A DNA stretch of 64,000 nt from Nemertoderma westbladi (lineage: Eukaryota; Animalia; Xenacoelomorpha): positions 1-64,000 of the forward strand of contig JAUCBJ010002320.1 of the NCBI GenBank assembly GCA_032718475.1, written 5' to 3'. This document shows positions 12,750 to 22,821 of the stretch, in pieces (the first letter of the stretch is position 1; each line of letters opens with the position of its first letter). The position numbers and the translations under genes are program-made. The notes beneath the pieces are model-generated. The model made no database searches. It saw only the letters and a list, made by a program, of their open reading frames with translations, and was not told the DNA's origin.

Positions 12750-15700
12750 GTGAAAGATCACAAAAACCGTACTTCGCAGTACACAGATTACATGAATTAT
12801 TTTATTTTTGACAATGGGAACAAAGATTATCCAACAGAATGGCAGCTTGCAATTAAACTTTTTGAAAAACAGAATTCAGCATATATAATTAATTTATTAC
12901 TCTACGACAACAATCGAGTATCTATATTAAGACAGGCACCATTTAGTAAAATCACTCCAGATAAAGAGTTATTGAACATATTACTTGTAAAAAATAAGAA
13001 TACAAGTAAACAATCACATTATGTTTGCATAACTAACTTGAATCGCTTGATGAATATAAGAGGTAAGCATATTAGATGTAGGAAATATTGTGAACGGTGT
13101 TTGTCTCATTTCTACAGCAAGGATGTTCTAGAACGTCACCGTCTTACTTGTTATCAAGGAAAAAGTCAAGTTGAGAAGCTACCGTCTGAAAAAAGAACTC
13201 ACATTAGCTTTAGAAATTTAGACAGAACATTACCAGCATTGTTTGTAATATATTTTGACATAGAATCTATTTTGGAGCCAGCCAGCAATAGTAAATTTAT
13301 TCAGAATCATATTCCATGCGCTGTAAGTTATTTAATTGTCCCTAGTAGCGAATTAATCAATCCACCAAAATTTTATTTGAAAACCTTTACAAAAACAATC
13401 GACAACAACTGTATTCAAGACTTTTTAGACTCTGTATATAATGACATCACCCAATTATGTAAGTGGTCAGAAACTAACATGAGAGAAAAGATGATACTTA
13501 ATGATGTAGATAAGTTAAGTTTTTGGAAAGCTAAAACTTGCTTTTATTGCAATGTTTTATTTAAGGATAAATCTGAGAAAAACAAACATCACTCACATAT
13601 TACTGGTAAATATATAGCAGCCGCTTGTAATACATGTCAAAAATCTTTATCATTGAAACGACACATATATATACTCGCTGCACACAACTGCAATCACTAC
13701 GATTTGCATTTTCTTTTGCAAGTTGGGTTTTGTAATAACCGATATTCCGATTGGGATATAAAGGTAATCCCTAAAAATTCTGAAAGGTATATTTCACTGA
13801 GTATGCATATACCGGTGAAAGATGAAAAAACAAAAATCGAGCTACGTGTCTTAGACACATATCAATTTTTATCCTTTTCCCTAAGTACTTTAGTTGATTG
13901 TTCAACAAAGGATATAGACAGCGAGGATATAACATCAGTTCTACCAATTACTGAACAGCAAATGAAATATTTTTATCTGAATTTAAATAATGCAACAATT
14001 AAACGAAAAGGTATATTTCCCTACGAGTATCTGACAGATTTAAATAAATTCAATGATTCGAAATTCCCATCAATAGACAAATTTTATAGTAAATTAACAC
14101 AAAATACCTGTACACCCGAGGAATATAGTTTTGCCAACGCATCATGGAGTCAGTTTGACTGTTCAAATCTCAAGGATTATCTTTTAGCATACTTAAAACT
14201 CGATGTTTGTCTCCTCGCTGATATATTTGAGAACTTTAGGAGAGTATGTAGACAAAACTACGAATTAGAAGTAGTTTATTATTGCAGCATCGCAGCTTTC
14301 ACTTATGAGTGCGCCCTGAAATACAATAAATGTAAGTTAGCATTAATAAAAGATTACCAAACATATAGAGATTTTGAAGCATCTATTAGAGGAGGGGTTT
14401 CATTCTGTCGAAAGCATTACATAGAATCAAATATACCAGATACTGATAATTATGATCCAAGCAAGGAAGAGTGTCATATTTTCAATATAGATTTTAATTC
14501 CTTGTATTCGGGTAATTTAAGTAAAAAGCTACCTGTTTCAGGTTTTGAACAAGTCAATGTTACATATTTAGAGAATGCCGCTCCAGAAGAACTAATAAAC
14601 TATTTAACAAATCTTGATACTGAAGGGGATATTGGGTTTTTCTTAATTTGCGATTTGAAATATCCCAAAGATATTCATGATCGTACATTAGAACTACCCT
14701 TAGCCCCAGAACATTTAAGTATAAATGAGACAATGCTTTCACCATATATGAAAGATCAATATAATAATATATGTAAACAAAGAGGTACTAATAGCAAGTA
14801 TAAGATGTGTGCACCAAAACTTATGTTGACACAATTCGATAAAGAATTCTATCATGTAAATTTAAAACTGTTAAAATTTTATATAAAACAAGGTTTAATT
14901 GTTACTAAGCTCCATAAATTGTATTCTTTCCATCAAGACTTTGTATTTAAACCCTATATAGATTTTAATATTAATCAAAGACGACTAGCAAAAAGTTACA
15001 TTGAAACGGCTGTCGCGAAATTGCTTAATAACTCGTTATTTGGTAAAACAATTGAGAAGATACGAGACCACTATAATTTCCGTATCGCTAATAGCAATGA
15101 GAAATGCGATCAATTGGTGAAACGTATAAATCACGAAAATTTCATGATTTATAACAATTCCTTATCGGGACAGTTATTAGTGAAAGACAGCGTGACACTA
15201 GATAAACCAGTCTATGTAGGTAGTACTGTCTTGGATTTAGCGAAACTTGATATGTATGAGCTGTACTACAATAAATTACTACCTATTGAGAGAGAATTAA
15301 ACTGCCGAATTGAAATTGTAGCATCAGATACAGACTCATTAATAGGTTGTTATTATAATACATCGCAGAGTAATTTCTTAAAAGCCTTAATTAAACATAA
15401 TATTCTAGATACCTCTAATTACCCCAAGGATCACCCTCTCTACAGCGATAAAAATAAATCCAGACTCTATTACTGTAAAGACGAGTTGTGCTCGAGAGAG
15501 ATTAAACAAGCAGTATTTTTAAGACCAAAATTATATTCAATTTTGGAATGGAATAACAAAAATATACGACGGGCGAAAGGAATAACAAGACCTGTCATGG
15601 ATAAAAAAATTTGCCACGAAGATTATTTGAGAGCATATAAGGATAATGAAGAAATTTCCAAGGAAACGCATCAATTTCAGAGTCAATTACACAAAGTGTA

Positions 15701-15872
15701 CACTGTAGCACAAGATAAGTTTGCTCTCAGCGCATTTGACGATAAACTTTATTGGGTTAATAAAAATCATTCACTTCCCTGGGGTCACTATCAAACAAAG
15801 GTTATAAAACCAGTACCTATAAAAAATATACCTATTTATCGGGAGCCAAACAATGAACTATCAGATAGTTAA
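12750..15872 (+). CDS. polB: Protein-primed family B DNA polymerase (pPolB), main part
   Basis: Exo I YFDIES, Exo II HNCNHYD, KGIFPYEY, Exo III YLKLDV, motif A DFNSLY, motif B KLLNNSLFGK, motif C SDTDS, AKGI; EndoVII-like zinc insert CFYC...HHSHITGKYIAAACNTC. Confidence 0.96.
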   Translation: MKDHKNRTSQYTDYMNYFIFDNGNKDYPTEWQLAIKLFEKQNSAYIINLLLYDNNRVSILRQAPFSKITPDKELLNILLVKNKNTSKQSHYVCITNLNRLMNIRGKHIRCRKYCERCLSHFYSKDVLERHRLTCYQGKSQVEKLPSEKRTHISFRNLDRTLPALFVIYFDIESILEPASNSKFIQNHIPCAVSYLIVPSSELINPPKFYLKTFTKTIDNNCIQDFLDSVYNDITQLCKWSETNMREKMILNDVDKLSFWKAKTCFYCNVLFKDKSEKNKHHSHITGKYIAAACNTCQKSLSLKRHIYILAAHNCNHYDLHFLLQVGFCNNRYSDWDIKVIPKNSERYISLSMHIPVKDEKTKIELRVLDTYQFLSFSLSTLVDCSTKDIDSEDITSVLPITEQQMKYFYLNLNNATIKRKGIFPYEYLTDLNKFNDSKFPSIDKFYSKLTQNTCTPEEYSFANASWSQFDCSNLKDYLLAYLKLDVCLLADIFENFRRVCRQNYELEVVYYCSIAAFTYECALKYNKCKLALIKDYQTYRDFEASIRGGVSFCRKHYIESNIPDTDNYDPSKEECHIFNIDFNSLYSGNLSKKLPVSGFEQVNVTYLENAAPEELINYLTNLDTEGDIGFFLICDLKYPKDIHDRTLELPLAPEHLSINETMLSPYMKDQYNNICKQRGTNSKYKMCAPKLMLTQFDKEFYHVNLKLLKFYIKQGLIVTKLHKLYSFHQDFVFKPYIDFNINQRRLAKSYIETAVAKLLNNSLFGKTIEKIRDHYNFRIANSNEKCDQLVKRINHENFMIYNNSLSGQLLVKDSVTLDKPVYVGSTVLDLAKLDMYELYYNKLLPIERELNCRIEIVASDTDSLIGCYYNTSQSNFLKALIKHNILDTSNYPKDHPLYSDKNKSRLYYCKDELCSREIKQAVFLRPKLYSILEWNNKNIRRAKGITRPVMDKKICHEDYLRAYKDNEEISKETHQFQSQLHKVYTVAQDKFALSAFDDKLYWVNKNHSLPWGHYQTKVIKPVPIKNIPIYREPNNELSDS

Positions 15873-16128
15873 TAAGAATGTAAGTTGCCAGCAAGTGTCA
15901 GCGATTAATTTGAAAGAATTAAAAAATCAATTATCTGGTAAACACATACTCAAACCAAATCAGTTTATATATAAGATATTTGGTGCCACATTATTAATAT
16001 TTAAAAATGGTCGTATTACATTATTAGGTAGTAAGTATAATTTCCAAAAAGTAAAAAAGCATATATTTGATAAAACAAGTATTAATTTGATTTTAAAATC
16101 TGTTAATTTATGTACTTATATTTTTAAT
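15853..16128 (+). CDS. TBP (TATA-binding protein)-like Polinton gene, 5' half, interrupted by an insertion
   Basis: IVN...INLKEL...FIYKIFGATLLIFKNGRITLLGSK matches TBP repeat 1 (TALIFSSGKMVCTGAK); start overlaps the polB stop. Confidence 0.75.
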
Positions 16129-17753
16129 TAGGAGCCCGCTTGACAGCGGGATACTTACTGTAAGAATCTTCAGGATACATTACATTGACTGACACTGACT
16201 GACTGATAATTATCTAGGTTAAGGCACTTCCTGCCTGGCGATTTTGATGAAATTTTGCAAGTACATTGCTTTTGAGGTTCATAATCGCGTTACAAAATTT
16301 CAGATCGATTCTATGTGTGGTATTCGATATATTCAGTTTTTTGACATTGTTTTGTCGCGAAATTAAAAGCAATGGTAAAATAACAGCTGGTGTTCATGAT
16401 GAAATATGGCTTAATATGTTATACACAGTCATAGTAAAACGTATTGGTTGCCAAGTTTTACTAGTAGGCTATAAGGAAAGTCAATGTTTACTCACACATA
16501 AGCTGTTGGTTTCTAATGTATTACCCCATAAGCTGATTGCTCTCCCAGTGCTTCCTAAGGGTATATCTACAATAAGGTTACTCACTCTGCTATGTTAGGG
16601 GGTGGATCAGGAGAATGAATTTTAGTTACACAAAGCAGTGTGTTGTGTCCTATTGCAGTCGATACTCACTGTGGATTGCAAAATGTTTTATAGTTGACCT
16701 ACACTATAATACAGTAGTTGCATGTATTTAAGGAGCCCGCTCTGGCCTACTGCCTAACTTAGCAGTAATACCTATATTACATATACACATATTAAAAATA
16801 TTCTTATTTTTTTTATTACATACGATTTTTTAGCTGAAACGATTTTTTAGCTGAAGCATTAATAGTGTAAATTAATTTAATTATATTTTAATACCATTAC
16901 TACATTGGCATACTGTAAGATAAGTTTTAATATTTCTTACAAATAGTGGTGCGAGCATAAATCAAATCACGCAAATTTAAAAGAAACGGGTGTGTTGTCA
17001 TAGCAAAGTTTCAGTTTTTATTATGTGGGACGAGCCACAAAGTACTGCTGAGAAAGACTGAAAGGTTCAAAGACTGTATGTCAACAATGTTATTATTATT
17101 ATAGTCTGCGCCACAAACAGAATATGCCAAATAATTAAATTAGCAATATAAATTTCAGAAAAATAGCTATCGGACTTGGCTGAAGAAATCGAATTATAAT
17201 CCACTTAGTTTGTTATATTGATGATATTATTACTCTCTGGGAATGTGTTGGAATGGGAGATTGTAAATTATTATTGAACAGTAAATATTACATATCCCAT
17301 AAAAGTCGTCATAATTAATTGTGTAGAAACAATTGTTCACCTTCTCGTTTAGATTAATTAGTAAATAAATAAATTAGTTTAGATATTTTCTGTTAGCGAA
17401 TTTATTTCGAATAATAAAAAAGTGTGTAGGCCGATTGTATGGTTGTTTAATTTGCGTTATTATTTTTCGCCGCGACCTAGACTTCTATTAATTGTTAAAT
17501 CTAATGGTTTTCAAAAAGAAAGGTAACCGTACCTGTACTGGTAAATCTAACTTGTTATTTATCTGGTTGTGAATCATGGGCATTTTCTTATAAATATTCG
17601 GTTGTTAGTGGCAGCAAAGTTTCATTTTTTATTATGTGGGGCAAGCCACAAAGTCAGCTATGTATCATCACACCATTTAGACAATTGTTTAGTTTAGTAT
17701 TGGCTAGGATTCTTCCCCCCGGGCTCCTTCCAGCCAGCTTGCTGGCTCTCTAG
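16128..17753 (+). mobile_element. Non-autonomous Helentron/Helitron2-like element, 1626 bp
   Basis: Asymmetric subterminal IRs aggagcccg (16130) / cgggctcct (17720); 5' hairpin cccgct-tgac-agcggg; (actg)n microsatellite; 3' hairpin agccagc-tt-gctggct followed by CTAG; inserted at A|T with no TSD. Confidence 0.75.
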
Positions 17754-18246
17754 TATTAACTCTGTAGTCTATACGTTATTGATAAACAATACCGGGTTTT
17801 ATGTTGTCTTTGATAATCTACAACTTCAAGTTATATATGAACCTGAAATTTTTAATAATTGCAAAATAAGAATAAATAATACCGTAGTCATTTGCTGCTT
17901 TCATACCGGTAAATGTACTTTAATGTGTTCACCTAGTATATTTCACATTTATTACCCTATATTTAGTATTAACTCTGTAGTCTATACGTTATTGATAAAC
18001 AATACCGGGTTTTATGTTGTCTTTGATAATCTACAACTTCAAGTTATATATGAACCTGAAATTTTTAATAATTGCAAAATAAGAATAAATAATACCGTAG
18101 TCATTTGCTGCTTTCATACCGGTAAATGTACTTTAATGTGTTCACCTAGCATATTTCACATTTATTACCCTATATTTAGTAAACTGGTTAATTATTTATT
18201 AATGTTTGGTGTTGTGACTTTAGGTGTAGAATATATTGGTAATTAG
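17754..18246 (+). CDS. TBP-like Polinton gene, 3' half, with an in-frame 213-bp tandem duplication
   Basis: IYEPEIFNNCKIRINNTVVICCFHTGKCTL matches TBP repeat 2 (YEPELFPGLIYRM...LLIFVSGKVVL); same frame as 15853 once the 1626-bp insert is removed; duplicated unit 17751-17963 / 17964-18176. Confidence 0.7.
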
Positions 18247-18360
18247 AAGGTGAAAATTAAACATTATTATTTTTCAATTGATCTATCGGTAGTTAGGGAA
18301 AACTAACCTCGTTTGAATAAGTATGACTCTCGCAGGCTGACTGCAAGCCTAGCCGGTAGT

Positions 18361-18492
18361 AGCTGCGTGGCTGGTTGCGAGGCTGGCTACGAGGCTGGCT
18401 GCGAGGCTGGCTGCGAGGCTGGCTGCGAGGCTGGCTGCGAGGCGGGTTGTGAGGCTGGCTGCGAGGTTGGCTGCGTGGCTGGCTGCGAGGTT
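18361..18492. repeat. 12-bp GC-rich microsatellite (GAGGCTGGCTGC)n
   Basis: About 10 copies read directly. Confidence 0.9.
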
Positions 18493-19727
18493 GACCGCAT
18501 CCCCAGCAGCGTGGCTGACTGCGCACATATCTGATTGTAACTGGCTCACGATATTGTATATTGGCTTAGTTTGTTACTGCAGGTACTGTTACATTAATAC
18601 TGTAGTACCGGTACTGCTGTACAGTGCTAATCGAAGGAAATCAGTATGTTCTATCTGACTATATACTGTTACAACAACAGTGACAGTACTGCAGTACTGT
18701 ATTGTTTGGGTAGGTGATCTAATCCCTACATGTGAGACCCTCGCGTGCAATCCAGGTCATGACTGCAGTATGCTTGCCTGACTGCAGTATGCTTATAGGT
18801 GGAAAAAAAACAAATGCTATTGCATCAGATTACTGCTGTACTGATACCGGTAGACCGCGACTCAGTGTTGGAAGAGTAAAACACTGTCGGTACTGATAAA
18901 GTGGATGACAGTTGTGGATAGGGGGCTGCGAGGTTGACTACATCCCAGCAGCGTGGCTGACTGCGCACACATCTGATTGTAACTGGCTCACGATATTGTA
19001 TACATTGGCTTAGTTTGTTACTGCAGGTACTGTTACATTAATACTGTAGTATCGGTACTGCAGTACAAAGCTAATAGAAGGAAATCAGTATGCTCTATCT
19101 GACTATACTGTTACCTGGTTACAACAACAGTGAAAGTACTGCAGTACTGTATTGTTTGGCTAGGTGATCTAATCCCTACATGTGAGACCCGTGCGTGCAA
19201 TCCAGGTCATGACTGCAGTATGCTAATCAAAGTTATGGGTAGACTGCAGTATCCTTATAGGTGAAAAAAACAAATACTATTGCATCAGATTACTGCTGTA
19301 CTGATACCGGTAGACCGCGACTACAGTGTTGGAAGAGTAAAACACTACCGGTACTGATAAAGTGGCTGCAGGTACTGTTACATTAATACTGTAGTATCGG
19401 TACTGCAGTACAATGCTAATAGAAGGAAATCAGTATGCTCTATCTGACTATACTGTTACCTGGTTACAACAACAGTGAAAGTACTGCAGTACTGTATTGT
19501 TTGGCTAGGTGATCTAATCCCTACATGTGAGACCCGTGCGTGCAATCCAGGTCATGACTGCAGTATGCTAATCAAAGTTCGGGTAGACTGCAGTATCCTT
19601 ATAGGTGAAAAAAACAAATACTATTGCATCAGATTACTGCTGTACTGATACCGGTAGACCGCGACTACAGTGTTGGAAGAGTAAAACACTACCGGTACTG
19701 GTAAAGTGGATGACAGTTGTGGATAGG
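18481..19727. repeat. Imperfect tandem repeat (about 440-bp unit, about 2.8 copies) at the convergence point of the Polinton gene blocks
   Basis: Copies begin at about 18481, 18924 and (5'-truncated) 19366; shared blocks such as ctgcaggtactgttacattaatactgtag and ggtgatctaatccctacatgtgagaccc. Confidence 0.88.
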
Positions 19728-20106
19728 CCTATAATAAATTATTGAATTTAACAGTACCGGTACCAACAGGTTAACATTACATCCTATACAGATTATGTTG
19801 CATTTCTGACTAATATTACTAAAGTTATATCACTAGTCAACTACTGTATGTGTTATTAGTTTGCGATGTATAGTATGTTTCGCAATACCAGTACAACTAT
19901 ATTAGAATGATATCGAGAATACTTACTGTACATGTTACGTCTACATCATATTGTTAAATGTGTATGTTAACCTAGCGCAATTGATTCTTTTTTAGAGAAC
20001 TTGTTGTAAAAAAAATTATATTTTATTATATTTTTATATTAACATCAAGATCATCACCAAAATAAAATTATATTATATCCCATCACATTACAAGCTTAGA
20101 GTAAAC

Positions 20107-20679
20107 CTACTGTACATCATTCACCGCAGTTATTTCTTTCTGTTTATCACCTGTCTCAGTTAATCGCTTCGTTACATACCCTCCAATCCTTTTCGCTGAG
20201 CAGTAATTCAAGCAGCTATCACCATCTTTGTGAAAACTACATTTATCTTCTACAGTAGTTAATTTATCGTGGAAGGGGCATGGAGTTAAATAATTGTAAT
20301 ATAGTCGAAATATTCCCAATTTGTTCATCGATTTTGGAGCGTAAACATCAAGTTGGGTATTTAATATTGCGGCTTTCATCAACCCGAATACATATATATT
20401 ATATTTATTTTTTAATTGTCTCTTCATGTATTTTTTAAAGTCATCTTGCGAAATGTCACCGTAATCCCAAGGTAAATGTGATGTAATATCGCGTAAATTG
20501 TTTACGTGGGCTTTATCTAATGCTGATAACTTAATATTAGGAGGTCCTTTAATTAAAAACGTCTTTATATTAGTTTTACTGTATTTAGAATTGAATATAG
20601 CAAATTCTTTAAATACTACCGGATATTCCTTATTGTCTATCTTATAATATTGAAAATCAACAAAAATAATATTATCCAT
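20107..20679 (-). CDS. Polinton accessory DnaQ/DEDD-like exonuclease-fold protein with C-terminal Cys/His cluster
   Basis: IIFVDFQ...FKEFAI, LPWDYGDI, IYVFGLMK, CPFH/CSFH...C pattern of the small exonuclease-like ORF common in invertebrate Polintons. Confidence 0.65.
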   Translation of the reverse strand: MDNIIFVDFQYYKIDNKEYPVVFKEFAIFNSKYSKTNIKTFLIKGPPNIKLSALDKAHVNNLRDITSHLPWDYGDISQDDFKKYMKRQLKNKYNIYVFGLMKAAILNTQLDVYAPKSMNKLGIFRLYYNYLTPCPFHDKLTTVEDKCSFHKDGDSCLNYCSAKRIGGYVTKRLTETGDKQKEITAVNDVQ

Positions 20680-20723
20680 TTTATCTGATAATATATTTAG
20701 ATAAACAAAAGTTAAATGATTAA

Positions 20724-21176
20724 TTACAACGCTTGTTGGTTTATTTTATAATAATTAACAAGCCATTTATATAATATTATTTCATTTATTTCCACATTAT
20801 TTGTAAACGCTCTCATTGGATAGTTTGTGTGAATTCGATTTACCAAGTAATAAAGACAGTATAACCCACATGTGGTCCTTCTAGGGTCTGGAAATTGTTT
20901 GCGGGTAGTACGCCACCTTGCTGAATTTTTCTCAAGCCATTTTTCGATACATCTGTTTGGATATTTTGGTCCAAACGAATTAAATAATTCAGCATCATTA
21001 TCTCGTATATATATAGCTACCCAATGAACACCTGGTAGATGCTCTTTATCAGTATTTACTATTAACCCGTAGTCTCTTCGCTTATTATTATCTAATTTAG
21101 GTAATTTATTAGATGGAAACGCCCCCAAATAGTGACCACCCACTGGAAACATATCAAGGTCCTCAGTAGATAACAT
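20724..21176 (-). CDS. Adenain-like (adenovirus-type) maturation cysteine protease
   Basis: IVNTD...PGVHWVAIY, FNSFG (usually FDSxG) and TCGLYCLYYL motifs. Confidence 0.92.
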   Translation of the reverse strand: MLSTEDLDMFPVGGHYLGAFPSNKLPKLDNNKRRDYGLIVNTDKEHLPGVHWVAIYIRDNDAELFNSFGPKYPNRCIEKWLEKNSARWRTTRKQFPDPRRTTCGLYCLYYLVNRIHTNYPMRAFTNNVEINEIILYKWLVNYYKINQQAL

Positions 21177-21178
21177 AC

Positions 21179-21561
21179 TTAATCGATATGTATTTCTTTC
21201 CTGCTATTTAAACTTAATGATTGATCATAAATATTAAAAATGATTACATTTATGGTCTCAACCAACGGTTCTGCAAATCTTAATTTTAATTGTCCATTAG
21301 TATATATCGATGGTTGAGGATCTCTAACATAGCCGTCAGCAGTTAGGTCCCAGGATATGAGTGGGCAATTACCTAAGTAGGTTTCATGGTCTATATTATT
21401 ACCTCCATAACCGTTAATATATGTATTAATGTTCTTCATTAATTGTGTATACTCAAAAATGTATGTTCCATCTGTAAAATTAGGCTCGTATATTACACCA
21501 CCTACTGGAAGACCGTCTACAATCAGTTCCGCGCGTCTAAGGTTAAAATGTTCAAAATGCT
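21179..21561 (-). pseudogene. C-terminal remnant of the Polinton major capsid protein (double jelly-roll, PY/hexon-like)
   Basis: FEHFNLRRAELIVDG...EPNF...WDLTAD...LKLRFAEPLVETINVIIF matches the Polinton MCP C-terminus; everything upstream is missing. Confidence 0.85.
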
Positions 21562-22001
21562 TTAATATGAATTACCAAAATTTTGATATTTGACGTTGAT
21601 ACAAAGTTATAAATTTTTTTGTCAGTAAAAAACGAAAAATTGAATCTTTGAGACTTGATGACGTCATATCTTTGTACCCAGAGTGAAAAAAAAATTTTGG
21701 TAATTCAAATAAAAGTCCATGAAATTATAAAACTAATGTAAAAGGAATTTACGAAATTCGTTTAAAAATACAGTAGTAGTAGTGAATTATATTTTTAACT
21801 GGTTTAAAATACATTATGCTAATTTAAGACGGCTCATTAACATCTAATTATCATAATTAGGTGAAAAATTTTTTTTTTTTAAATTTAATGTTTTGTTATT
21901 AAAATGAGCCATAAATTGTTGCCAGGTGTAGAGCCATTCAAAAGTTACATGTGATGCAAGTTCGGACACATAAAGTACACTTCAAGGTGTGATGTCCCCC
22001 C
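21562..22001 (-). mobile_element. One-ended DNA-transposon (MITE) fragment at the capsid-deletion breakpoint, TTAA-targeting (Kolobok-like end)
   Basis: Minus strand reads TTAA|GGGGGGACATCACACC exactly where penton homology stops (TTAA at 22002-22005); no matching TIR at the other side. Confidence 0.5.
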
Positions 22002-22809
22002 TTAATTCACCTTGGCCGTCACGTAAAGTAATTAAGATTGTTTTTAGTTTTTTATTCAACAACGGGTAATAGCAAATGCTCTCGTATTCGTGATTAATAT
22101 ATTTTCGATTTAATTGTGTTAAAGGACAGGTTCTTAAGAGCGGAGCTAAAGCATCACCAACAAATGAGCTCTTAATAATATCTGTATATATGAAGATTGT
22201 ATCTTTATTACGAGTAATATTCGTTGGATTTGGAAAATCTAAAATCCCAATTTCCGAAATTTTTGGTCCACTATAATTTAAAATTAATATCGGCTGTTCT
22301 ATATTGCTTAATTCATCCACTGTAGTGGTACTGTATATATCCCAATTCGGAATACCTGGATGATTCTGATCCAATAACTGTTTTAAGCCTAGAATTTGTA
22401 TTAAATCACCGCGTAGACTTAATTGTATTTTTTTCAACTTTTTAGGAAATTTAAATTTAATTCTAGAATTATTTGTATTAAAAATGAATTCGAAATCTCT
22501 ATATTTCGCTTCAGAATTAAACAGTTTATTTATATCATCAATAATGACTTGAATAGAGCTATGCATACCAGGAAATAAACTGCATAATTTGGCATCTTTT
22601 GCATCTACCCCGATTGACAGCGAGATTTGAGTTTGCAGAGTAATATTACTGTATGTTGCTTGGTATTGTATCTCGGCGAGTCCAATTTTAGTGTTTGAAC
22701 CAATATATAATTCTTCAGCTAAATCAACAGTAAACTCGCTAGGGTTATTATTGGGGTATGTGTTTAATGAGCTATCTGAAAGTAGAGTGATATATGTATC
22801 TACAGCCAT
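21982..22809 (-). CDS. Polinton minor capsid protein (penton/PX), last residues replaced by the insertion
   Basis: YITLLSDSSLNTYPNNNPSEFTVDL...IGLAEIQY N-terminus and IFIYTDII...VGDALAPLLR...YYPL...ITLRDGQG C-terminus. Confidence 0.9.
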   Translation of the reverse strand: MAVDTYITLLSDSSLNTYPNNNPSEFTVDLAEELYIGSNTKIGLAEIQYQATYSNITLQTQISLSIGVDAKDAKLCSLFPGMHSSIQVIIDDINKLFNSEAKYRDFEFIFNTNNSRIKFKFPKKLKKIQLSLRGDLIQILGLKQLLDQNHPGIPNWDIYSTTTVDELSNIEQPILILNYSGPKISEIGILDFPNPTNITRNKDTIFIYTDIIKSSFVGDALAPLLRTCPLTQLNRKYINHEYESICYYPLLNKKLKTILITLRDGQGELRGDITP

Positions 22810-22821
22810 TATTATTATTAT

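Noticed and set aside
16266-16598. 110-aa ORF inside the Helentron-like insert
   Set aside because: No Rep/helicase motifs, non-ATG start; likely chance
18293-18658. (EAGC)n, (QPRS)n and (AASL)n ORFs
   Set aside because: Alternative frames of a 12-bp microsatellite
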